In this document: in pieces, positions 8,299-16,101 of the stretch
Layout: each line of letters starts with the position of its first letter
Numbering within the stretch: position 1 is the first letter of the stretch
Source: Fibrobacteria bacterium
GTDB lineage: Bacteria > Fibrobacterota > Fibrobacteria > UBA11236
Length of the DNA stretch: 31,536 nucleotides
Assembly (NCBI GenBank): GCA_041746255.1
Contig: JBGTHM010000108.1
Span: 1 to 31,536 of the forward strand
Direction: 5' to 3'
The notes under the pieces: generated by a model
What the model was told of the DNA's origin: nothing
Databases searched by the model: none
The model's input: only the letters and a program-made list of their open reading frames with translations
Program-made: the position numbers and the translations under genes

Positions 8299-9384
8299 AT
8301 GCGCATGTATAAATCCACCATCAGCCTGACTTTCGGGATAATTGGAGCCTGCTTGTTCGCGGCAGCGCCGAGGATATACGCCGAGCCTTATATCGCCGTC
8401 CGTTCGGGAATGAAGTGCAGCGTATGCCACGTCAACAAATCCGGCGGGGGAATGCGCACCGATTACGGGTCCGTATACTCCCAATACCAATTGCTCCTGG
8501 CCACGGCGGGAGGGAAAAAGTTGCCGTTTTCCTTCGATCCCAAATTGAACAAATCCATAACCGTAGGCGCCAATTGGCGCGTGGAACAGGTACGCATATC
8601 CCAATACACCAACGACAGCGGGAAGGTATTTCCCTCTGCCGATGAATCCACCATCCGCGAAGGAAACCTGTACCTCAACCTGGAATTGGTCAAAAATTTC
8701 CTTTCCCTTTATATCGACCAGACCATGGCTCCATCTTCGACTAATCGCGAATTTTTCGCCACCGTCGAAGGACCCCATAACACCTTCTTCAAATTCGGAC
8801 GCATGCTGCTTCCTTATGGATTGAGACTGATGGATGACGAAGCATTCATCCGCAATACAACCAACTACACCTACAATCGACATGATTTGGGATATGAAGT
8901 AGGATGGGAGCCCGGCCCCGTTTCGGCCATCGTCAACGTCACCAATACCCAACTCTCGTCGGTGGGTTCGGTAAACTTCCGCCGGGTACGGGTTGGCGGA
9001 TCCTACGGCTCGGCCATCCAGAAGCTGGAGCGGGATAAAAAGAACACCTACGGGATATTCGGGGGAGCCAATGCCGGAATGTTCACCTTTTTGCTGGAGC
9101 GGAACTGGACTAAAAACGTCGATATTAAAAGCGTATCGACGCTGGCGGAAGTAAATGTATTACCGATACGCGGCCTCAACTTCAAGACCACCTATGAATA
9201 CCTGCATCCCGATACCATGATACCCCGGGATCAGAACGGGCAGCAGCGCTATACCTTCGGAGCGGAGCCGTTTTTGACCCAGTGGTTTCAAATCGGATTG
9301 TACTACCGTAAAAACGACTGGATTCCCCAAAACGGTCCCAAGAACCAGGATCAAATCATCGGCAGGCTGCACACTTTCTTTTAG
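8299..9384 (+). CDS. Monoheme cytochrome c-outer membrane beta-barrel (porin) fusion, Cyc2-like architecture
   Basis: Signal peptide, then AEPYIAVRSGMKCSVCH directly after the cleavage site, then alternating beta-strand-like segments (FKFGRMLLPYG, LGYEVGW, YTFGAEPF) ending in an aromatic beta-signal (RLHTFF). Confidence 0.75.
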   Translation: MRMYKSTISLTFGIIGACLFAAAPRIYAEPYIAVRSGMKCSVCHVNKSGGGMRTDYGSVYSQYQLLLATAGGKKLPFSFDPKLNKSITVGANWRVEQVRISQYTNDSGKVFPSADESTIREGNLYLNLELVKNFLSLYIDQTMAPSSTNREFFATVEGPHNTFFKFGRMLLPYGLRLMDDEAFIRNTTNYTYNRHDLGYEVGWEPGPVSAIVNVTNTQLSSVGSVNFRRVRVGGSYGSAIQKLERDKKNTYGIFGGANAGMFTFLLERNWTKNVDIKSVSTLAEVNVLPIRGLNFKTTYEYLHPDTMIPRDQNGQQRYTFGAEPFLTQWFQIGLYYRKNDWIPQNGPKNQDQIIGRLHTFF

Positions 9385-9429
9385 CCTATCGCCAAAAAGT
9401 CCATCATAAACATCACCGGAGGAAATACC

Positions 9430-10122
9430 ATGACATGCATACGAAAAACCAGCTTACTGCTCCTCGCCGGAGCCTGCGCCCTATGGGCGGGAGGCAGCAT
9501 CACCGGAACCGTCAAGGTGAAAGGCGACATCCCCAAGGATGAAACCCGCATCGTCACCAAGAATGCCGAGCAATGCGGAGCCAAAATGAACGCGCAAAAG
9601 TATGTCATTTCCGCTTCCGGCGGCGTGAAATGGGCGGTCGCCATGCTGGAAGAAGCCCCCAAAGGTGGAAAGGCTTGGGGCCAAGTCGACCTGGTCTACA
9701 ACAACAAAGAGTGCCGATTCGAGCCGCATGTTCTCATTGCGCCCACCGGAGGTACCTTGAAGGTTTCCAATAGCGACGACATGTTGCATAACGCCAATTT
9801 TTCCCAGGTCGAGGGAGACAAGAAAAAGGGAATCGTCAATCTCGCCCTGCCGCGCAAGGGATTGGTGCTTGAGAACAATCGGATACTTCGGAGGGCCGGA
9901 CTTATTTCCGTCGAATGCGACGCGCATGACTTCATGCAGGGCTGGATCTGGTCGCTTCCCCATCCTTACGCTTCGGTCACCGACAGCAACGGCGGTTTCA
10001 AAATCGATGACGTGCCGCCCGGATCGTATAAATTGAAAGTCTGGCACGAAGGACTGGGTGAAAAAATCGTAGAGGTCAAAGTCGAGGACGGCCAGGACTC
10101 CAAGGTAAACGTCGAGCTTTGA
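9430..10122 (+). CDS. Secreted cupredoxin-like / carboxypeptidase-regulatory-like domain protein
   Basis: GGAGG RBS and signal peptide. Motifs GSITGTV, CRFEPHV, NSDDMLHN, CDAHDFM (His...Cys-x2-His-x2-Met, type-1-Cu-like) and FKIDDVPPGSYKLKVWHE. Confidence 0.75.
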   Translation: MTCIRKTSLLLLAGACALWAGGSITGTVKVKGDIPKDETRIVTKNAEQCGAKMNAQKYVISASGGVKWAVAMLEEAPKGGKAWGQVDLVYNNKECRFEPHVLIAPTGGTLKVSNSDDMLHNANFSQVEGDKKKGIVNLALPRKGLVLENNRILRRAGLISVECDAHDFMQGWIWSLPHPYASVTDSNGGFKIDDVPPGSYKLKVWHEGLGEKIVEVKVEDGQDSKVNVEL

Positions 10123-10155
10123 AACCCGTACGGATTGGTCGCAAAGGGAATGACG

Positions 10156-11421
10156 ATGCTTACGCCGCAAGAGAAATTCACCCCCTATCTTGTGGCCGTC
10201 AACCTCACCGCCAGCTGCAATCTGGCGTGCGCGCATTGCTATATGGACGCGGACCAGCGTGGCAAACCCGCTTCCGACGAACTGGATAACGCGGAACTGG
10301 CGGGGCTTTTCCAGGAAATCGCCGAACGGGCGCCCGGCACCATTATCGTGCTCACCGGCGGCGAACCCTTGCTCCGCCCCGATCTTCCACTCATCGTCGC
10401 ATCCGGGGCGAAGGCGGGATTGCGCATGGTATTGGGAACCAATGGTTTATTGCTTACGCCCGAAAAGATTTCGCTTTTAAAAACCGCCGGACTTCAGGGA
10501 GTGGGCGTAAGCCTGGACGCCGTGGAGCCATCCGCCCATGATGAATTCCGCGGAGTACCCGGCGCATTCGCGCGGGCGCGCCAAGGAATCAAAAATTGCC
10601 GCGCACAGGACTTGCATGTGCAAATCCATTTCACCTTGACCCGCAAACAATTGGGACGCGAACAGGACGTGGTCAGCATGGCCAGGGAACTTGGAGCATC
10701 CATCGTCAATTTCTTTTTCCTGGTATGCGTCGGACGCGGTCAATCCGCAATGGACCTCACCCCGGAGGAATACGAAAACGCCCTGATCCGTATCGCGCGC
10801 TTGCAAAGGGATTCCCGCGAGATTCTGGTGCAGTCGCGTTGCACCCCGCATTTCAAGCGCATTCTTTACGAAACCGATCCGCAATCCGAATTCACCCGTG
10901 CCACCGGCTATGATGGCGGAGGCTGCCCAGCCGCAACCCATTATTGCCGCATCACCCCCAAAGGCGATATGACCCCCTGCCCTTACCTCGAGCTATCGGG
11001 AGGCAATATAAAGGAAAAAGGGTTCTGGAAAATCTGGGACGAGGCCAGGCTGTTCCAATCTTTTCGCGATCCATCCCTGTTGCAAGGGCGGTGCGGAAGT
11101 TGCGAGTACAAATTGATATGCGGAGGGTGCCGCGCCCGATCGCTGGCCGAAACCGGCAATTTGATGGGAGAGGATCCGAGTTGTTCCTACCAGCCGGTCG
11201 GAGGCGAAACGATTCCTGCGCGCTTGGAAAACGGACCGGAGCAAGTGGTTTGGACGCAAGCGGCGCGGGAGCGCCTGATAAAGGTTCCCCTTTTCTTGCG
11301 ACCCATGATCCGGAAAAAACTGGAAGAAAGAGCGCTACGCGAAGGCGTGGAAGTCACCCCGGAATTGATGCAGAAACACCGCTCCGAAAGACAAGCCCAA
11401 TTGGGCATGCGTTTCGGATAG
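10156..11421 (+). CDS. Radical SAM/SPASM protein, NirJ/AhbC/AhbD-like, with C-terminal PCP_red domain
   Basis: CNLACAHCY (CxxxCxxC), GGEPLLRPD, CTPHFKRI, SPASM cysteines GCPAA..YCRI...PCPY...CGSCEYKLICGGCRAR...DPSC, and C-terminal WTQAARERLIKVPLFLRPMIRKKLE. Start chosen from RBS spacing. Confidence 0.88.
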   Translation: MLTPQEKFTPYLVAVNLTASCNLACAHCYMDADQRGKPASDELDNAELAGLFQEIAERAPGTIIVLTGGEPLLRPDLPLIVASGAKAGLRMVLGTNGLLLTPEKISLLKTAGLQGVGVSLDAVEPSAHDEFRGVPGAFARARQGIKNCRAQDLHVQIHFTLTRKQLGREQDVVSMARELGASIVNFFFLVCVGRGQSAMDLTPEEYENALIRIARLQRDSREILVQSRCTPHFKRILYETDPQSEFTRATGYDGGGCPAATHYCRITPKGDMTPCPYLELSGGNIKEKGFWKIWDEARLFQSFRDPSLLQGRCGSCEYKLICGGCRARSLAETGNLMGEDPSCSYQPVGGETIPARLENGPEQVVWTQAARERLIKVPLFLRPMIRKKLEERALREGVEVTPELMQKHRSERQAQLGMRFG

Positions 11422-11440
11422 CAACGTCAGGAGAAGATCC

Positions 11441-14400
11441 ATGCAAATCGCCACCGCCGAAAAAATACCGCCTCTACCCGCGAACGTCATTGTAGGCGAG
11501 AATTCCGTGGACGTGAATTTGACTTCCGGTCTCAAGCGCCTGCCGCTGATTCCCTTGCCCGATCGCATGGTGGATTGGATGGAAGAGGGCCGCCGGTCGA
11601 TGTACGACAAGCTCCAAAACAAAGGCAAGCCGGCGTTCTTCTCCTCGCATCTGCCCGTCATGGTAACGTGGTCGGGAGACAAGGACATTCCTTTCAATTG
11701 CTCGAACAAGGGCGTCGGGCTCATCCCCAAGGAAAAATACCTGAAGCATTATATCCAGGTTTTCCGTTCGGTGCTGGAAAAAACCAAAGGCCGCCCTTGG
11801 CAAGAATCCATGGCGGAAAGAATCAAAGCGGTGTCGAGTTTTTATTTCAAACGCGAAGCCATCGATCTGCGCGCCTTGACCACTTTGGAAATTTTCCAGA
11901 AAACCACCTACCGAAATCTCATGTCCAATCCCATCGCGTCCTTGCATTACACGGGCAATGCACCCGATTACATGAGCTTTCAGGTCAATTGCGCGGTAGA
12001 GATAATCGGACCCGATGACCCCCGCCACACCTTTATCAAATTGGCCCGGGTGATGTTCGAATACGACAGTTTCCATATCGCCCAACCGGAATTTCCGCAC
12101 GCCTACATACTTTGGATCACCGAAGTGGGAGACAAGACTCCCTTTCGCGTAGAACAAAAGCCGGAGAACGTCGTCCATGTGAAGGGACGCGGCGATTTGG
12201 AATGGGACCCCGAAGCCATGCAATCGGTAAACCGCGCCCCCGGAATGATCCGGCAATTCATCACCGAGTCCATCGAAAAATACGCCCTTTCGCGCGGCTT
12301 CACGCGCATCGACGCCAAAGTGGTGCGCGAAGCCCGGGAAGTGATGGAACGCAATACGACTGCCGACGGCGAGGATAAACCCGCGTCCCAGCCCGAACAG
12401 CCCGTCGATTTGACCCGGTATCAGAGCATTTACGTGGGGCTCGATTCTTCGGAGCTTTCCACCGCCGCCACCGAATTGGCCGTGCGCATGGGAAAGACCT
12501 ACGGGTCCACCCTGCACGGTAGCCACGTATACGCCGCCAAAATGCATGACAACCGATTCCGTGCCATGGAAGGAGGCCTGCCTGCTGAATATCAACAAGA
12601 GAAGGAGCTGGAAAAACAACGTAAAATCCATGACAGCCTCATCACCAAAGGTTTGGAGCTCATCACCGACTCCTATCTCGAGGTCATGGCGCGCGAATGC
12701 GCGAAACATCAGGTAACCTATACCCCGGTTTCACTCGAAGGGAAGAATTGGCAGGCTCTCTCCAAAGATATCGCTTCGCACGCTCACGACCTCATAGTCT
12801 TCGGCGGTTTCGGCATCGGCCGTGTCAGCCGATCCCTGCTCGGCTCGGTGACGGAGAGAACCCTGCGACGTGTGCGGCGCGATTTCCTTATTTGCAAGCG
12901 CACGGAGATGGAGAATCAATCGGATACCATCGTGGTCTGCCTCGACGGCAGCGAGAGAAGTTGGGGCGGGTTGCAACGAGCCTTCAGCCTGGCCGAAAAA
13001 TTCGATAAACGTATCGTAGCGGTTTCCGCCTTCGATCCCTATTTCCATTATGCCATGTTCAAGAGCCTCAATACGGCGCTGACGGACAAGGCCCGCAAGG
13101 TTTTCAAATTCGAGGAGCAGGAAAAGCTCCACGAAGACATCATCGATTCGGGATTGGCGAAAATCTATCAGTCCTATTTGAATATCGCGGAAAGACTAGC
13201 CGAAAAAGCCGGGGTTTCCATCGATACCAAATTGCTGGACGGCAAACCCTTTGAAAAAATCCTGCAATATTGCGAAGAAAATCCGCCCTGGCTCGTGGTA
13301 CTCGGACGCATCGGCTTCCACAGCGAAGAAGACATGGATTTGGGCAGCAATACGGAAAACCTGTGCCGCATGTCCCCCTTCAATTTGCTGATAGTGGAAA
13401 GTAAAAGCAAACCCCCGGTGGAATTCCAGGCCGAAGAGACGGTGAGTTGGACGGTGGAAGCCAAGGAGCGCATGCATAAGGTTCCCGATATGGCGCGCCC
13501 CATGGCAATGAAGGCCATCCAAGGATATTGCATTGCCGAAGGCCATACCGTCATCACCGAATCCATTCTTTTCGAAGCGTTGCGATCCATCATGCCTCCC
13601 GAGGCGCTGGCCCGCATGGGAATCGATCTCGAAGCCAAACGCGAAGCCGAAGCGGAGGTTGTCGATCGAATCGAACTGTCTTTCCGCTGTCCCGTATGCG
13701 GATTCCATCATCAAGGTTCCCGGCCCGTCTCCTGCCCCGTATGCGGCCGTGAAGGAGCGGTGTTCCAACTGCTGGAAAAATCGGAAGTGAAGGACGGCGA
13801 AGCCCAAAACACGCTGGGCAACCGCAAACTGATATGGGAACGCGAAGCCTTGGAAAAGATCGAGGCGATACCCGATCCGGTTTGGCGCGAACAATTACGC
13901 AACCGGGTAGAGAAACGGGCCTTGACTGACAAAGCCGCCGGCGTCACGGTGGAAATGGTTCAAGCCGCGCAGGAAGTCCAATCCTTCGCCGCGCCGGTTT
14001 CGAGTGGCGGACACCAGAACCCCACCCTGCCGACAAACGTTCCATCCTCGGCCGCGGCGAAGCCGCTTTGGACCGAAGCCGGATTGGAACGTCTCGAACG
14101 CATACCCGAGGGCTTTATGCGGCATGCGGCCAAGACCACGGTGGAAAAATTCGCGGTTGAAAAAGGCCATCTGCAAATCAGCCTGGAAGTGGCGGAAGCC
14201 GGACTGGGAAAGGCCCGGGAAATGATGCGGGATGCCATGGCCGGCCGTATCGCACATCCAGGGGCCGAAGTACCGGAAGCCACAGGAACGGTAGCTTGGG
14301 AATGCCATGTATGCGGATTCACTGCCGATGGAAGCAAACCGAGTGAATGTGGCAATTGCGCCACCGGTCATTTCATGCCGGTGACTTCGGAGAAACACGC

Positions 14401-14788
14401 GAAGCTGCCACTCTCGGTCTTCCAAAAACTGGATTGGGATACTGATTCGCTACAACGTCTGGAACGGGTCCCCGAAGGTTTCATGCGCGACATGACCCGC
14501 TGGCGCGTTGAGAAGTGGACGCGCGCGGACGGTCGGAATAAAGTGGATTTCGCCGCTATGGCCGATAAATTCGAAAATTGGGCCGAAGGCAGCGCAAAAC
14601 ACAAGACGACGCTGCCTTGGAGCCAGGAAGCCGAAGCCAGGGCGAACCGTATCCCCGGTTTCATTCGAGCGATAGTAATGAAAGAAGTGGAGAAAAGGGC
14701 TCAATTTCTGGGAAAAACCACAATCGATGAAAGTGGTTTCGACGAGGCCGTAAAGCATTGGTCCGCTACCGGATCCTTTCACGGTTAA
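11441..14788 (+). CDS. Multidomain protein: split-barrel (PNPOx-like) N-domain, 2 universal stress protein domains, 2 rubredoxin-like Cys4 domains, 6 PCP_red repeats
   Basis: USP motifs IYVGLDSSE..S...LLGSVTERTLR and IVVCLDGSERS...LGSNTENL. Cys4 motifs CPVCG..CPVCG and CHVCG..CGNC. Six W..EA..R...(V/I)P..(F/M)R-type repeats. N-domain contains TTLEIF..TTYRNL..NP.ASL.YT....SFQVNC.VEI. Confidence 0.85.
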   Translation: MQIATAEKIPPLPANVIVGENSVDVNLTSGLKRLPLIPLPDRMVDWMEEGRRSMYDKLQNKGKPAFFSSHLPVMVTWSGDKDIPFNCSNKGVGLIPKEKYLKHYIQVFRSVLEKTKGRPWQESMAERIKAVSSFYFKREAIDLRALTTLEIFQKTTYRNLMSNPIASLHYTGNAPDYMSFQVNCAVEIIGPDDPRHTFIKLARVMFEYDSFHIAQPEFPHAYILWITEVGDKTPFRVEQKPENVVHVKGRGDLEWDPEAMQSVNRAPGMIRQFITESIEKYALSRGFTRIDAKVVREAREVMERNTTADGEDKPASQPEQPVDLTRYQSIYVGLDSSELSTAATELAVRMGKTYGSTLHGSHVYAAKMHDNRFRAMEGGLPAEYQQEKELEKQRKIHDSLITKGLELITDSYLEVMARECAKHQVTYTPVSLEGKNWQALSKDIASHAHDLIVFGGFGIGRVSRSLLGSVTERTLRRVRRDFLICKRTEMENQSDTIVVCLDGSERSWGGLQRAFSLAEKFDKRIVAVSAFDPYFHYAMFKSLNTALTDKARKVFKFEEQEKLHEDIIDSGLAKIYQSYLNIAERLAEKAGVSIDTKLLDGKPFEKILQYCEENPPWLVVLGRIGFHSEEDMDLGSNTENLCRMSPFNLLIVESKSKPPVEFQAEETVSWTVEAKERMHKVPDMARPMAMKAIQGYCIAEGHTVITESILFEALRSIMPPEALARMGIDLEAKREAEAEVVDRIELSFRCPVCGFHHQGSRPVSCPVCGREGAVFQLLEKSEVKDGEAQNTLGNRKLIWEREALEKIEAIPDPVWREQLRNRVEKRALTDKAAGVTVEMVQAAQEVQSFAAPVSSGGHQNPTLPTNVPSSAAAKPLWTEAGLERLERIPEGFMRHAAKTTVEKFAVEKGHLQISLEVAEAGLGKAREMMRDAMAGRIAHPGAEVPEATGTVAWECHVCGFTADGSKPSECGNCATGHFMPVTSEKHAKLPLSVFQKLDWDTDSLQRLERVPEGFMRDMTRWRVEKWTRADGRNKVDFAAMADKFENWAEGSAKHKTTLPWSQEAEARANRIPGFIRAIVMKEVEKRAQFLGKTTIDESGFDEAVKHWSATGSFHG

Positions 14789-14848
14789 ATCCGCTGAATC
14801 CGCCGAATCCGCTTTTGGACTCGGGAATTTGTATTTATCTGTATCTCA

Positions 14849-15871
14849 ATGCGACCCGAATCCCGATTCCCAATCCGCGGTTTTTTCCGCCAGGCATTTG
14901 CCCAAACTCACCGGCTCGTATTCGCCTTATGCGTTTGCGCTATTCTGATTCCTAAGCCATGCCGAGCTGCTTCCACCGCGGCCGCGCACCAAGTGCCTTT
15001 TACGGTAGAGTATCGGAACGAGGCGAGCAAGTACCGGATCAACAGCGTATTTTTAATGCCCGGCGAAGAGCTCACCCTTAGAGTCCATGCGGATTCACCC
15101 TTACAAAGTTTCCGCATTGATTTTCCGGACGGACAGGCGCCGCAAAATAGCCGCAACTCCGCGACTTACACCGCTCCACTTGTACCAGGAGCTTATCAAG
15201 CCATGGTACACGAGGAAACGGCGGGCGATACGGCGCTTTTCAATATCTTCGTGATGGTTCCGAGAACCGTCAAAGAGGGCGAATTCCTGAAAGGTTATCG
15301 TATCGGCCATTATCCGGCCAAGCCCCTGAAAAACCTGGATATTTACAAGCAGCCACCTGGGTTCATCCAAGTGACCGAGGAATTGCATAACCTCAAGGTC
15401 TCGCCCCGATTTACCCTGGGACAATTCTTGTGCAAGCAGAATTCCGACTTTCCGAAATTCCTGCTGTTACAAGAACGCTTGCTGCTTAAACTCGAGGCCA
15501 TCATCGATAAACTGAACGAAGAAGGCCATCCCGTCACCACCTTGCATGTCATGAGCGCGTATCGCACCCCCCATTATAACAAGGCCATTGGAAACGTCGA
15601 GTACAGCATGCATCAATGGGGAGGCGCCGCGGATATCTTCGTGGATGAATCCGCGAACGGAAAAATGGACGACCTCAATAAAGATGGAATAATCGATGGA
15701 AAGGATTCCGACATTCTCATCGATATCGTGGAGCAAGTCGTCAACCATACGAATTATCTCGGAGGCATCGGCAAATACAAGGCGAACCATGCGCATGGCC
15801 CCTTCGTGCATGTCGACGTGCGTGGCTCCCGGGCTACCTGGGGATTTACGCCGATTACTTCCCTGCCCTAA
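14849..15871 (+). CDS. Peptidase M15A-family (D-Ala-D-Ala carboxypeptidase-like) secreted protein
   Basis: SAYRTPHYN, SMHQWGGAADI and FVHVDVRG Zn-ligand motifs, plus a signal peptide and a DxNxDG loop. Confidence 0.85.
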   Translation: MRPESRFPIRGFFRQAFAQTHRLVFALCVCAILIPKPCRAASTAAAHQVPFTVEYRNEASKYRINSVFLMPGEELTLRVHADSPLQSFRIDFPDGQAPQNSRNSATYTAPLVPGAYQAMVHEETAGDTALFNIFVMVPRTVKEGEFLKGYRIGHYPAKPLKNLDIYKQPPGFIQVTEELHNLKVSPRFTLGQFLCKQNSDFPKFLLLQERLLLKLEAIIDKLNEEGHPVTTLHVMSAYRTPHYNKAIGNVEYSMHQWGGAADIFVDESANGKMDDLNKDGIIDGKDSDILIDIVEQVVNHTNYLGGIGKYKANHAHGPFVHVDVRGSRATWGFTPITSLP

Positions 15872-16023
15872 CTTTCCTTTTCCATGGGGTCGGGATGACC
15901 GCGTTGGTAGGGATAGGGATTTTTATTCATCCTGCGAAAAGCCTTGATGGTAAAAAACAGGACCAGGGCCAGTAATACGAAACCCAGTATGCCCAAAAGG
16001 ACAGTCGTGGTCATGACGCTCAT
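15868..16023 (-). CDS. Small single-pass membrane protein (51 aa)
   Basis: MSVMTTTVLLGILGFVLLALVLFFTIKAFRRMNKNPYPYQRGHPDPMEKES*. GGAGAG RBS; its TAG overlaps the convergent TAA of the M15 gene. Below the ORF-track length cutoff. Confidence 0.6.
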   Translation of the reverse strand: MSVMTTTVLLGILGFVLLALVLFFTIKAFRRMNKNPYPYQRGHPDPMEKES

Positions 16024-16101
16024 GCTCTCTCCCGTCGATATTAGCTTACCAGCAAGTTATATTCCTGGGATAACGTGCGCAAGCTCCGCCAGGAGCCGAT
16101 A

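Noticed and set aside
10156..11421. Assigning nirJ or pqqE, or a RiPP maturase with a nearby precursor peptide
   Set aside because: No heme d1 or pqq genes and no plausible short precursor ORF are adjacent; the subfamily cannot be fixed without a search.
11474..12709. 411-aa minus-strand ORF (also 8008-8952, 9481-10236, 25019-26338 and 28125-28847)
   Set aside because: Antisense shadows of well-supported genes, expected from codon bias in GC-rich DNA; no recognisable motifs.
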